Source of the DNA: an uncultured delta proteobacterium
GTDB taxonomy: Bacteria; Desulfobacterota; Desulfobacteria; Desulfobacterales; QNYZ01
Assembly: GCA_963845145.1 (NCBI GenBank)
Contig: CAWJQU010000016.1
Span: 4,329-68,328, forward strand
DNA: 64,000 bases
Reading direction: 5' to 3'
In this document: one piece after another, positions 25,528-35,369 of the stretch
How positions within the stretch are numbered: the stretch's first letter is position 1
Layout: each line of letters opens with the position of its first letter
Notes under the pieces: model-generated
The model's input: only the letters and a program-made list of their open reading frames with translations
Told to the model about the DNA's origin: nothing
The model's database searches: none
Made by a program: the position numbers and the translations under genes

Positions 25528-26823
25528 TTAAAACCTATGCATATCAATTATAATTGTTGGCAATAATTTGTCCAACTGACCTTGGCTAATGGGTTTAGTT
25601 AGAACAGTTCGAGCCGACCAGATTAAATTTAAACTTTGTTTATGTAAATCAATGCAAACTAGCATTAGTTGCGTATCGGCAGGTGATGAATCTACATGTG
25701 GAGAATTAAGTGCAAAGATGGGCCTTTCACCTGGTAATTGGACTATATATTCAGATATACGCTTATTCATTCCAATAAGCTGGATTTTTTCATTTCCTCT
25801 TAAAAACGGTAGCCAGAGTCCCAGCGAAGCACAACGGCCGGCCAACGGGTGAATTAAATTTTGTAGTTCGGAAATTGGCGTAGAAAAAACGTTTCCACGG
25901 CAATAATCCTTTGGGATCAATGAGAGAGCCACTTCTTTTACCGGTTCTTGATTAAGTGCTATTGCTGGAGGTAATCCAACCATGGCTGATCGAGGGAAAG
26001 ACTGAACGTCAAAATAATCGAATCCCACTGGAAGAGGCTGCTTATTCCAGGTTAACGGATTATCAACAATGAGCCGCTCCGTAGTCAGCCGGTCATCAAC
26101 TCGCTCAAGATTCGGTAACTCACGCCCTTCTATGAACTTACGATTCCCCTCGATGACATACCCTTTTCCATAACAATTACGTGGATACACGAGTGGAGGG
26201 GAATCTTTCAAATAGGCTTCGGCCACGGGTTTAACTCGGCGGATATGATCTGGAGCCGCGTTCTTACTGATCTCTTTCAGTAATGTCTCTTCGAAACTTA
26301 AATCTCTGCCACCATACGCATTTTCATATCGAAGCGCCATCTCCTCGAAAGGTTCCGGTGGAGTAAAAATAAGCCGCCCCTTTACATAGTCACAGAAACG
26401 TCGACCAATAACGTCCGCAGCATGGCGATAGTCACCGACTTGCACGGCAACAGTCATACTTTTAGTGGGATGAACCGATTGGGCACTAGCTTGCACTACC
26501 AGATCGGTTCCATTCTTAACCCCTATTATTTCCGGTAGTGACTTATACGAAAAAGGCTCGGTATCCGGTGTCGTTTTGTCATCATCATATCGGATACCTT
26601 GTTCATCAAGCGGAATCTGTTCATCAGCCGGCACACTGGGGCGATCATGGCTGAAATCATAAGTTCTTTTGTGAATGACGGTTAATTCCTCCACACCCTT
26701 AATATTCACTACCGTTAACTTAGTTTGCCCTGGGGATTGGATGTGGATATGGGAAGGAATACCTGTTTTGGATGCCTGTTCAAATGGTATCGGCTGGGGA
26801 ATTGTTTTTTTAATATCAACCAT
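25528..26823 (-). CDS. DUF2169-family T6SS-associated protein (second copy)
   Basis: ATG 26823 overlaps the upstream stop by 8 nt. 'LTVIHKRTYDF..GTDLVVQASAQS..MTVAVQVGDYRHAADVIGRRFC..PEPFEEMALRYENAYGG' follows the DUF2169 block order. Confidence 0.7.
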   Translation of the reverse strand: MVDIKKTIPQPIPFEQASKTGIPSHIHIQSPGQTKLTVVNIKGVEELTVIHKRTYDFSHDRPSVPADEQIPLDEQGIRYDDDKTTPDTEPFSYKSLPEIIGVKNGTDLVVQASAQSVHPTKSMTVAVQVGDYRHAADVIGRRFCDYVKGRLIFTPPEPFEEMALRYENAYGGRDLSFEETLLKEISKNAAPDHIRRVKPVAEAYLKDSPPLVYPRNCYGKGYVIEGNRKFIEGRELPNLERVDDRLTTERLIVDNPLTWNKQPLPVGFDYFDVQSFPRSAMVGLPPAIALNQEPVKEVALSLIPKDYCRGNVFSTPISELQNLIHPLAGRCASLGLWLPFLRGNEKIQLIGMNKRISEYIVQLPGERPIFALNSPHVDSSPADTQLMLVCIDLHKQSLNLIWSARTVLTKPISQGQLDKLLPTIIIDMHRF

Positions 26824-27838
26824 AATGGTCTTCCGGCCGGGTGCGTGGTCTGACTATAGGATCGTCAAACCCTTCAAGTTTAACGCAGCGTTTTTCCAAT
26901 GGACTAAAAAGGTAACGAAAAAGGCACAAATAACCGGCAATCAACACTCTTTCATCGGCAAGGATAACGAGCGATGATAATGTGGAGGGAAAGCGGCTAT
27001 GAAGAGAACCCACTGTAACAATAGCCGTCGGCCCAATAGAGGGAGGGGTAGGGAAGATGATATCTCCTGTGGTAGATAATCCGGATAATCGTATATTTGC
27101 CCCAATTTCCCCATTTTTTATTACCAGTTCAGGTACAGTTTGATTGAATACGGACTCAATCAGAGGAATCATCAGATCCTCAGGGTCGGCTGATTCTTTT
27201 TCATTAAAATACATCCCTTTAGGTTTGAAGAAGCAGGCCGGAGGAGGTTGATCGCTCCATCTCCGGATCAGAGAGTCCTGCTGCTCCAGGTTAGGGAGCG
27301 GTTGGCCCTCAGCCTGGCTCTTGGACAAGTAAAAACCACGACCATCTGGATTTACGGAGTGGGCAAGCTCACTATCCTCCCATACCGCCTTGCCACCATA
27401 AGCGTAATTGTTTGAAAGATCCATTTCCAAAAAAGGTAAAGGTTCGGAAGCGACGAGTTCACCATTGGACACCCTCCAAGTCCGATCACCAAATACCTCT
27501 ATTTTATGTGAAACATTACCGCATTCCACAGCAACATACATTCTTTTAACGGGTTCTGCTTTTAATGCAATCGCCTTACCGAAAACAATAATATCAATAC
27601 CTTTTTTTCGATAATCCAATTCCGGTGCCAAACTTATGTCTCTGAATACAAAGGGTTTTTCGAATACTGGCCAACCTTCTTCGGGATCAACCGGTATCAA
27701 AGATTCTCGGTCGAGGGAATAGGTGATTTTACTAGCCACAATACCGAGCATTTCCGTATCACCCATGGAGCCGGAAAGAAAGTCGGCCGGGAACCTTGTC
27801 GAATTGATAAACTTCATCAGATAGTCACTAATCCTCAC
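26816..27838 (-). CDS. DUF2169-family T6SS-associated protein (first copy)
   Basis: 'MKFINSTRFPADFL..MLGIVASKITYSL..LDYRKKGIDIIVFGKA..VAVECGNVSHKIEVFGDRTWRV..PFLEMDLSNNYAYGG'. The likely true start is ATG 27817 ('MKFINST') rather than GTG 27838. Confidence 0.75.
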   Translation of the reverse strand: MRISDYLMKFINSTRFPADFLSGSMGDTEMLGIVASKITYSLDRESLIPVDPEEGWPVFEKPFVFRDISLAPELDYRKKGIDIIVFGKAIALKAEPVKRMYVAVECGNVSHKIEVFGDRTWRVSNGELVASEPLPFLEMDLSNNYAYGGKAVWEDSELAHSVNPDGRGFYLSKSQAEGQPLPNLEQQDSLIRRWSDQPPPACFFKPKGMYFNEKESADPEDLMIPLIESVFNQTVPELVIKNGEIGANIRLSGLSTTGDIIFPTPPSIGPTAIVTVGSLHSRFPSTLSSLVILADERVLIAGYLCLFRYLFSPLEKRCVKLEGFDDPIVRPRTRPEDHYG

Positions 27839-28163
27839 TAAAGTCAGGGTGGCCTACACAAGGAATTTCCTGTAACCTTTTATGGTTTTTAAAAACGGCA
27901 AGCTCCATGAATTTCTGTGAGCGATTATTAAAATCTTCATCATCATCAATATCTTTATTGTGATCGGTCTCAATTAATTGTCGTAACTTAGAATTATAAA
28001 ATTCATGTTTGAAGTTCTCCATAACAGCATCTTCGCGTGAAGCCCAGTCTTCCATATCAGGAGAATTTCCGGCAACTATCAGGTTTAAGAATTCTTCACG
28101 TAAGAGCCCCAGCTTGTTTTCTAAAAAAAGAACTGCAGCAACGTCTCGTATGGATTTCAGCAT
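27828..28163 (-). CDS. Small acidic hypothetical protein in vgrG operon (possible chaperone or immunity protein; unassigned)
   Basis: 111-aa ORF, helix-rich by eye, with an acidic patch 'DHNKDIDDDEDFNN'. No signal peptide or TM. Confidence 0.55.
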   Translation of the reverse strand: MLKSIRDVAAVLFLENKLGLLREEFLNLIVAGNSPDMEDWASREDAVMENFKHEFYNSKLRQLIETDHNKDIDDDEDFNNRSQKFMELAVFKNHKRLQEIPCVGHPDFSED

Positions 28164-28284
28164 TTTAATAACCTTGATGCTGATAATTTGTAGTTAGATG
28201 ATCGTTTCATAAAAGGCCTGCGTGGAACTTTATTTTCTATCTAATTGAGTTAGTGGTATAATTTTACATATTTCAGGAAAATTT

Positions 28285-28713
28285 TCAGCAATTTAAACGA
28301 ATCCGTTCGCCATCCAGTTTAACATCGTCATTTGCTTTGATATCAATGTCTCCAAGATCGGCAGTAATCATTTGGCCCCGAGCCTTGCTGTACAGGTCAC
28401 CCTCTGCCTCAATATGAATGTTTCCATCTGTTGTCAGAGCCATATCTTTTCGGCTGTGAATAGATACTCTTTCAGCATCAATAGCTAAATTCCCCTCAGC
28501 CTGGATCGTTAGAGTCCCTCCACCGATTTTCAACACCGGCCCAGCTGTAGTGATTTGAATCGATAGACTCAAATTACCATCTGAACCAACGATATTTAAG
28601 ACATTGCTGAGCTGATGGTTCTCAATTACGAGTTTTTGTTTTGCAACAAGAGCCACCGTTTTTGTATTTGTCGCTTTTGTAAGTGCTTGGCTCTTTTTCA
28701 TAAAGTATTCCAA
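28285..28713 (-). CDS. Free-standing beta-helix-repeat protein resembling a VgrG C-terminal spike extension
   Basis: Starts 4-16 nt after the vgrG stop (TTG 28713 or ATG 28701). Reiterated alternating pattern 'LSLSIQITTAG..LKIGGGTLTIQAEGNLAIDAERVSIHSRKDMALTTDGNIHIEAEGDLY..DIDIKANDDVKLDGERIRLN'. Confidence 0.65.
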   Translation of the reverse strand: MEYFMKKSQALTKATNTKTVALVAKQKLVIENHQLSNVLNIVGSDGNLSLSIQITTAGPVLKIGGGTLTIQAEGNLAIDAERVSIHSRKDMALTTDGNIHIEAEGDLYSKARGQMITADLGDIDIKANDDVKLDGERIRLNC

Positions 28714-28716
28714 TCT

Positions 28717-30684
28717 TTAAGCATTATGTTTTATTAGAGAAGCTGTTTCGGTAATGATTCCACCCGTACTGATATTAACGCCACTGCCATCGGCTTTTGT
28801 TATGGAACCACCGCCGGAAAGGATGGACGTAGGCGCTTCGATTTTAGCCTCGGCAGGACTGCTCATAAAGGCATTGGCATCCAAGGTAATGCTGGAACCT
28901 CCCCCCGCACTGATGGTTATCTTGGCGGGTTCAATGGTTACCGAGCTTCCCCCACAAGTCAGCTTGATCTTGGCCGGGGCCTGCATGTTAATTTCACTTG
29001 TGGTATCGAGCTGGTAATTACCGGTCACATTTACCGTTCGGTTGCCAGCCTCTACCGTCAGGCTGGTATCCCCTTTGACTGTAACAGATCGGGTTCCCGC
29101 CTGAACTCCGATGGTATCGTTTCCTCCAACGATAGTTGTTGTGCGATCGTTTTCGATGGTTGATCCCATATCCTTCTGCGCATGGATGGTTACACCCTCT
29201 TTTCCTTTGGTATCATTTAACGAGAATTCATTGTACCCACCGCTGCCGGGAGTGCTGTTGGATTTCATACCACTGACAACTTTTTGGCCGGGAAGCCCGA
29301 AAGGCGGCATTAGTTCGGCGTTGTAAACGCGGCCGGTGATGAGGGGTCGGTCAGGATCGCCTTCCATGAAGCTGACTATCACCTCTTCGCCGATACGGGG
29401 AATATCGATTCCGCCAAACCCTTTTCCGGCATGAACCTGGGATACTCGGATCCAGCAGGAGGTGTTTTCATCGTACTTTCCTTCCCGGTCCCAGTGGAAC
29501 TGCACCTTGACCTGTCCGTTTTTATCCGTAAAGATCTCTTCTCCGGGAGGGCCGGTAACCACAGCGGTCTGGGTGCCTTGGATTATCGGTTTGGGTGTTG
29601 TGCGCGCCGGTCGGAATTGGACGGAGCTGGGTATAGTGGTAAAGGCACATGAACAGATCTCACCCTGCCCGCCGGAGGTTTCATAATCTTCGGCCGCAGC
29701 TTGATAATCGGTGGACAAAATCAAATACTCACGGTTCTGGTCTCTACGTGTATGCTGGGCCATGGTAAAGAGATAACCCGCGCAAATGCCCCGGGAATCC
29801 GCCTGACCGCTGCAGACCTCATGGGATTGGGCCAACTCTTCCATGCGGATTTTGGCATATTTGTCGCCATCGGCTTTTTCCGAATATTCGCCCGGATAGT
29901 CATAAATTTCATATTCAGCCTCGGCATGCTCCTTTATATCCTCTTCCGTGCTCATCAAAGAGGTACTCGGTTTTTCAAAATTGTAATCGGTATGGGCGAC
30001 TTTCCCAGGCTGGACGCATTTTTCGACCGTCCATGTACTGATTCGTTCCTGGATCGACGAGCTGCGGGTATCGGGCGTAAAGTCAATCTCATCGTAATCC
30101 CCGAAAGGATCATGCTTGCTGCGCGAATCGCAAAGCACAATGGTGCATTTACCCTGCTCGTGCAGAAAATAATAATAGATGCCCTCTTGTTCCATCAGTC
30201 GGCTGACGAAGTTGAAATCCGTTTCCCGATATTGGACACAATAATTCCATGTTTGGTATCCGCCGGAAAGCCGATCCTCGATGTCGCTGAAACCCAAATC
30301 ATTAAAGACTTGTTTGATAATATCCGGGACCGTCTTTTCCTGGAAGATGCGGCAGTCTGACGTGCGGGTTAAAAACCATAACCAGGGCACCATCGTTGCG
30401 CGGTATTGGGCAAACTGGGTACTGGTCGACACACCTTGCACAAAACGGTTGATATACCCATTCCAGTAGCGCTTGCCTCCTTCGGGTAATTCCATGCTAA
30501 TCGTTACATTCTGTCCGATGATATCGTCGAAGTTGATTTCGTAGTCTTCGCTTAACAGGTTGAGATCAAACTCAAATAAGCGACTGATCTCTTCATGCGC
30601 AGAGAAACTCTGTAGCAACAGCACATCTTCGCCCAAAGATGTTTCTATAGCGATATGTCGGGTTGCCTGGGTTGGTTGAGGCAT
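28717..30684 (-). CDS. vgrG: T6SS spike protein VgrG (TssI), no C-terminal effector extension
   Basis: 'FEFDLNLLSED..YRATMVPWLWFLTRTSDCRIFQEKTVPDIIKQVF..YCVQYRETDFNFVSRLMEQEGIYYYF..WIRVSQVHAGKGFG..PRIGEEVIVSFMEGDPDRPLITG'. Confidence 0.96.
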   Translation of the reverse strand: MPQPTQATRHIAIETSLGEDVLLLQSFSAHEEISRLFEFDLNLLSEDYEINFDDIIGQNVTISMELPEGGKRYWNGYINRFVQGVSTSTQFAQYRATMVPWLWFLTRTSDCRIFQEKTVPDIIKQVFNDLGFSDIEDRLSGGYQTWNYCVQYRETDFNFVSRLMEQEGIYYYFLHEQGKCTIVLCDSRSKHDPFGDYDEIDFTPDTRSSSIQERISTWTVEKCVQPGKVAHTDYNFEKPSTSLMSTEEDIKEHAEAEYEIYDYPGEYSEKADGDKYAKIRMEELAQSHEVCSGQADSRGICAGYLFTMAQHTRRDQNREYLILSTDYQAAAEDYETSGGQGEICSCAFTTIPSSVQFRPARTTPKPIIQGTQTAVVTGPPGEEIFTDKNGQVKVQFHWDREGKYDENTSCWIRVSQVHAGKGFGGIDIPRIGEEVIVSFMEGDPDRPLITGRVYNAELMPPFGLPGQKVVSGMKSNSTPGSGGYNEFSLNDTKGKEGVTIHAQKDMGSTIENDRTTTIVGGNDTIGVQAGTRSVTVKGDTSLTVEAGNRTVNVTGNYQLDTTSEINMQAPAKIKLTCGGSSVTIEPAKITISAGGGSSITLDANAFMSSPAEAKIEAPTSILSGGGSITKADGSGVNISTGGIITETASLIKHNA

Positions 30685-30908
30685 GATGCACTCCTCTTGC
30701 TACAGGTTAGTCTACAAAAAAACCGCTTTAAATGCAACGAAAGGGCTTCCAGAGTATCCCACTTTTTCACGTTAGCGGATACTCTGGTCTCAGGTACCAT
30801 TATCTGCGAGAGAGCCTTGATACTGGTCACGGAATAATAGTTGTCGATTCGTAAGTTGAAGGGTCTGTATGAAAACCCTGGCAGACACCAAAAACCTCGG
30901 GCCTCCGA

Positions 30909-31388
30909 TTACTCGCCCGATTCCACTTTCCAGGTATACTCAACGTTTCCTTTCTTCTTACCTGTGTTGTCGTTTTCGGTGTAGGTCACTTTGATTTCTT
31001 CAAAGTTCAACGACATTTGTTCGGTCGGCACATCTTCCGCCTGCCCGCTACCACCAACGTTATAGCTCGTGACTAAAACGTTTTTCAGTTCATAGGCATA
31101 GTAAGTCACCCGTCCGGCATCGGTGGTTGAGGCCGTCAGGTGAATCTCTACCTTTGGAAAAACTTTTCCTTTGCACATGGACTCGGCAATCTTCGGGCTT
31201 GCCTTGTCCAACTCCTTTACTATCGTGACATCTTCCATTACGACGTCACCCCGACGACGGGTCGGCCCGGTGGCGGCGCCTCCCGGCTGCATAATCCCCT
31301 GGCTAAATGAAAGGATATCACTCCAGCCTTTGTGATCCTTATCCTGGGCCTCACCCTCCACGCCATCATACTTGATGTAAGCCGCCAT
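30909..31388 (-). CDS. hcp: T6SS tube protein Hcp (TssD)
   Basis: 'MAAYIKYDGVEGEAQDKDHKGWSDILSFSQGI', 159 aa, AAGGAGG RBS. Confidence 0.95.
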   Translation of the reverse strand: MAAYIKYDGVEGEAQDKDHKGWSDILSFSQGIMQPGGAATGPTRRRGDVVMEDVTIVKELDKASPKIAESMCKGKVFPKVEIHLTASTTDAGRVTYYAYELKNVLVTSYNVGGSGQAEDVPTEQMSLNFEEIKVTYTENDNTGKKKGNVEYTWKVESGE

Positions 31389-31545
31389 TGTTGCCTCCTT
31401 TTTTGATGTTAATGGTATCTTCCGAGGTCATCGTATGGAAGACACTGTTTAAAATCTCATTCAGATTGAAAAACCTGAAGTCCCGAATGCTAATTTATTC
31501 ACCTCCCTTCGACTTTCTTTCTGAGCCGTAAACCTGCCTCACAGA

Positions 31546-34311
31546 TCAGGAAAATGAATAGTCAAAACTGCCATCCTTTACTCCGATGTGAATCCTGCTC
31601 AGTTCTTTTCCCTCCATCATTCGTGAGAGGATATCACTGCTGATTGCAGGCAGCAAGGTGTTGGTTAAAATAGCATCCACCACCCGTGCGCCACTTTCTA
31701 ACTCCGTACAGCGATTATTGATTAACTCGACGACATCGTCGTCATAGGTAAATGGGATGCGGTGGTTTTCAAGAATCCGTTCTTCAATACGACCCAATTG
31801 CAGGCGCACGATTTTACGCAGGACCTCGTCGCCAAGGGGATAATACGGTACCACCACCAGGCGTCCCAAAAAGGCCGCGGGAAAGGCCTTAAGCAGGGGC
31901 TCCCTCAGTGCTTTGCCAATACCTTCGGGACCCGGCATGAGTTCGGGATCTTTACACATGTTCATGATCAGATCGCTCCCCACATTACTGGTAAGGAGAA
32001 TAATCGTATTCTTAAAATCGATCATTCGGCCTTCACCATCTTCCATCTTCCCTTTGTCAAAGACCTGGAAGAAAATTTCGTGCACATCTTTGTGGGCCTT
32101 CTCTACCTCATCCAGCAAAACAATACTATACGGCCGTCTGCGGACCGCCTCAGTGAGCACCCCCCCTTCACCGTATCCGACATAGCCGGGAGGCGCCCCC
32201 TTGAGGGTTGAGACCGTGTGGGCCTCCTGGAATTCGCTCATGTTAATGGTGATAACATTTTGTTCGCCACCGTAAAGGGCTTCCGCCAGGGCCAGGGCAG
32301 ACTCCGTTTTACCGACACCACTCGGACCCACTAACATAAAGACACCGATTGGCCGTCCCGGGTTCTCCAATTTGGCCCGCGAGGTTCGCATGCGCATGGC
32401 AATTGCATCCAAGGCATGGCGTTGCCCGATGACCCGTTTCTCCAACGTATCGGCCAGGTTCATAACAGCTTCGATCTCGTTTTTAACCATCCGGCCAACC
32501 GGGACGCCTGTCCAGTCGGCGACGACGGAGGCTACGGCTTGGGCATCAACACTGGGCAAAATCAATGGTGTTTCGCCCTGGATCTCACCAAGCTTGGCCA
32601 TAAAACCCTTGAGCTTTGTCACCATGGCCTCGCGGTCTTCTTCGGATAAGGTGACTTTGTCTCCGGCTTCTTGCTCCGATTCGTTGTCATCCGAGGCCGC
32701 CTGAATCTCTTTTTCTGCGGAATCATTGTCTTCCAATTTATCATCAATCGGTTCGCCTGTTGTGGCGCGAAGGCTACCTCGTAGCGTTAGGACCTGGTCG
32801 ACGATTTCCTTTTCCTTTTGCCAGTCCGCTTCCAGCTGCTTTAATTCATCGGCCTCAGTTGACAACTGCGCTTCAATTTCGGCCCGACGTTCATGACGCG
32901 CCATGCCTATGGCTTCTTCTCTTTTTAGAATTTCTTTTTCTGTTTCGAGGGCGGAGATGCGTCGGCGGCAAGCTTCGACCGTTGCCGGGGTGGCATGTAG
33001 ACTGACGGCCACACGCGCACATGCCGTGTCGAGCAGGCTAACCGCTTTATCAGGCAGGTGACGCGCGGGAATATAACGGTGGGAAAGTTGAACGGCCGCC
33101 ACCAGGGCTTCGTCTAAAATTTGGACACGATGGTGTTTCTCACTGACTCCCGCCAGACCTCGCATCATGATGGTCGCCTTTTCTTCGGAAGGCTCATCGA
33201 TTTTCACGACCTGGAACCGCCGCGTAAGGGCAGCGTCTTTTTCAAAATATTTTTTGTATTCTGCCCAGGTTGTTGCTGCAATCGTGCGCAGTGTTCCCCG
33301 TGCAAGGGCCGGTTTGAGCAGGTTGGCCGCATCCCCGGAGCCTGCCGCGCCTCCGGCACCGATCAAGGTATGGGCCTCGTCAATAAAGAGAATGATCGGT
33401 TTGGGTGACGCCTGGACCTCTTCGATGACCTGGCGAAGCCGGTTCTCGAATTCTCCCTTCATACTCGCGCCGGCCTGCAACAGGCCTAGATCAAGTGTGC
33501 GCAGGGTTACGTCTCGAAGGGGGGGCGGGATATCCCCTGAAACGATACGCTGGGCAAATCCTTCGACAACGGCGGTCTTACCGACGCCGGCCTCTCCCGT
33601 AAGAATCGGATTGTTCTGACGCCGGCGCATCAGAATATCAACAATCTGTCTGATCTCGTCATCGCGCCCCAGAATCGGGTCGAGGCCACCCTCTCGAGCG
33701 GTTTTTGTTAAATCCACAGAAAATTGGGCTAAGGCTTCCTGTTTTCCCAAGGCCGCCGGCGCCAGGGCGCTGCTGGCCTCGCCGGGAGCCACACCGCCTC
33801 CTACCTGGGACCCATCTTGGGCCGCCAATGTATCCTCAGGAGAGCTACCGACAATTGAGAGGAAATTATCCGAAAGGTCTTCGACCTTGATTTTCCTGAA
33901 CTCTGACGAAATTCCGGGTAGTAAAGATCTCAGGCTGGGCGCTTTTAATAGCCCAATGATCATTTGGCCGGAACGAACCTGTGATTGTCCAAAAAGCAAT
34001 GTACAGAAAACCCACGCTCTTTCGACGGCTTCTTCCAAATGGGGCGAAAAGTCGGAGATTGAGGTTGCACCGCGTGGAAGATTGTCAAGCGACGAAGTCA
34101 AGTCCGACGCCAGGTGGGACATGTTCAGATCATAGTGTTTCACAATGTGATGCAGATCCGAATCCTGCAACTGGAGCACTTGATGTAACCAGTGCACCAG
34201 CTCTACGTAGGGATTACCTCGCATTTTGCAGAATACCGTGGCACTTTCTACCGATTTGTAGCAAAGACTGTTAAGTTTTCCGAACAATGCAGTGCGACTT
34301 ATATCCGCCAT
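31546..34311 (-). CDS. clpV: T6SS AAA+ ATPase ClpV (TssH)
   Basis: Clp N-domain. Walker A 'GEAGVGKTA' and 'GPSGVGKTE'. Coiled-coil middle domain. 921 aa. Confidence 0.96.
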   Translation of the reverse strand: MADISRTALFGKLNSLCYKSVESATVFCKMRGNPYVELVHWLHQVLQLQDSDLHHIVKHYDLNMSHLASDLTSSLDNLPRGATSISDFSPHLEEAVERAWVFCTLLFGQSQVRSGQMIIGLLKAPSLRSLLPGISSEFRKIKVEDLSDNFLSIVGSSPEDTLAAQDGSQVGGGVAPGEASSALAPAALGKQEALAQFSVDLTKTAREGGLDPILGRDDEIRQIVDILMRRRQNNPILTGEAGVGKTAVVEGFAQRIVSGDIPPPLRDVTLRTLDLGLLQAGASMKGEFENRLRQVIEEVQASPKPIILFIDEAHTLIGAGGAAGSGDAANLLKPALARGTLRTIAATTWAEYKKYFEKDAALTRRFQVVKIDEPSEEKATIMMRGLAGVSEKHHRVQILDEALVAAVQLSHRYIPARHLPDKAVSLLDTACARVAVSLHATPATVEACRRRISALETEKEILKREEAIGMARHERRAEIEAQLSTEADELKQLEADWQKEKEIVDQVLTLRGSLRATTGEPIDDKLEDNDSAEKEIQAASDDNESEQEAGDKVTLSEEDREAMVTKLKGFMAKLGEIQGETPLILPSVDAQAVASVVADWTGVPVGRMVKNEIEAVMNLADTLEKRVIGQRHALDAIAMRMRTSRAKLENPGRPIGVFMLVGPSGVGKTESALALAEALYGGEQNVITINMSEFQEAHTVSTLKGAPPGYVGYGEGGVLTEAVRRRPYSIVLLDEVEKAHKDVHEIFFQVFDKGKMEDGEGRMIDFKNTIILLTSNVGSDLIMNMCKDPELMPGPEGIGKALREPLLKAFPAAFLGRLVVVPYYPLGDEVLRKIVRLQLGRIEERILENHRIPFTYDDDVVELINNRCTELESGARVVDAILTNTLLPAISSDILSRMMEGKELSRIHIGVKDGSFDYSFS

Positions 34312-34349
34312 GGTGTTATCCTTTTTTCAGTTCAATGGATTATCATTTT

Positions 34350-35369
34350 CTACACTGCGTCAGCCACCAGAATCAAGTCATCGGTGTCCTTTTCAAATGG
34401 TTGGCTTTGAAGCCACGTGGTCCAACCAAGACATCCCGTTTGACCGAGCCGCACCGCCGGTACCTCACCCGCCTTGAGGATCAGTTGCAGTTCCCAGCTC
34501 AGTTCGTCGCCCACATAATTTCGGACCCAAGCCTTCAGTCTTGTAAAGCTATCGCCCCCTGGTAGCATACGCTCATAGTTTTTTAATGTCATGGGGCCCA
34601 TAATGATCCTGAATTTTTGCTGGCAGTCCCAAACCCGCGATCCAACAATGGCATTGACACCCATCGTCGCTGCATCTTCCGATCGACCCAATCGGCACCA
34701 GTACACTTCGGGTAATTTGATCCATTGGCCGATAAATTCTTTGATTGAGGCCTTAATGCCGAAGTACTTCTCTAAAATAGCACGCAGCCCTTCGGCATGG
34801 CGAGTCTGGCAGGCAAGATGCCCCGAAAAATGGAGTTTGGCGACATCGGGGACTTCATCACGATTACGCAAAGAATCTTCACCGATACCGAACAAACTTC
34901 CAATATACGCAGAAAACCGGTCTTGATCATGGCGATCGTAACTTACCGTTTGCCGATTGCAGGCCCAGGCCCGATAAAACAGGCTGATCATGCGGTGATT
35001 AAAAATGTCAAAAAATCGGGCCAGGGTATGGTCATCGTGATTCAATTCACGATTGTGAACATATTCGGTGATATGCAAGGGCATCGGACCGTGGGGGCCG
35101 AGAAGACCGAAGAAATTAACCATAAGACGTGGTTTTTTGGCCTGTTTGGGCTGTTCAAAACGCTGAAGTGTTGATGGCGCAAAGCCTAAGGACGGTTCCT
35201 GACAGAATTGAATGGGATCATCCGACGAACGGGTTGAATAACCCAGACGGGGGTTATTCTTAAACGCGCATTCCAGCCGTCGGGCAGCCTGGTAGAAGCT
35301 GGTCCCGGCAGGATTTTCAAGAAATCGTAGATCTAAAGAATGTGTCTGGTTCCCGATCTTGCCGGCCAT
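34350..35369 (-). CDS. tssG: T6SS baseplate protein TssG
   Basis: 'FYQAARRLE..PRLGYS..DPIQFCQEPSLGFAPS' and position after tssF. Confidence 0.9.
   Translation of the reverse strand: MAGKIGNQTHSLDLRFLENPAGTSFYQAARRLECAFKNNPRLGYSTRSSDDPIQFCQEPSLGFAPSTLQRFEQPKQAKKPRLMVNFFGLLGPHGPMPLHITEYVHNRELNHDDHTLARFFDIFNHRMISLFYRAWACNRQTVSYDRHDQDRFSAYIGSLFGIGEDSLRNRDEVPDVAKLHFSGHLACQTRHAEGLRAILEKYFGIKASIKEFIGQWIKLPEVYWCRLGRSEDAATMGVNAIVGSRVWDCQQKFRIIMGPMTLKNYERMLPGGDSFTRLKAWVRNYVGDELSWELQLILKAGEVPAVRLGQTGCLGWTTWLQSQPFEKDTDDLILVADAV

Noticed and set aside
29701-30360. 219-aa plus-strand ORF (and several 60-90-aa ORFs) inside vgrG
   Set aside because: It lies entirely antisense to a confidently identified vgrG. 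It has no RBS and a low-complexity translation. Shadow ORFs of this kind are typical in a GC-balanced coding region.
31762-34274. Multiple plus-strand ORFs (up to 150 aa) across clpV
   Set aside because: All are antisense to ClpV, whose AAA+ motifs are unambiguous. They show no independent motifs or RBSs.
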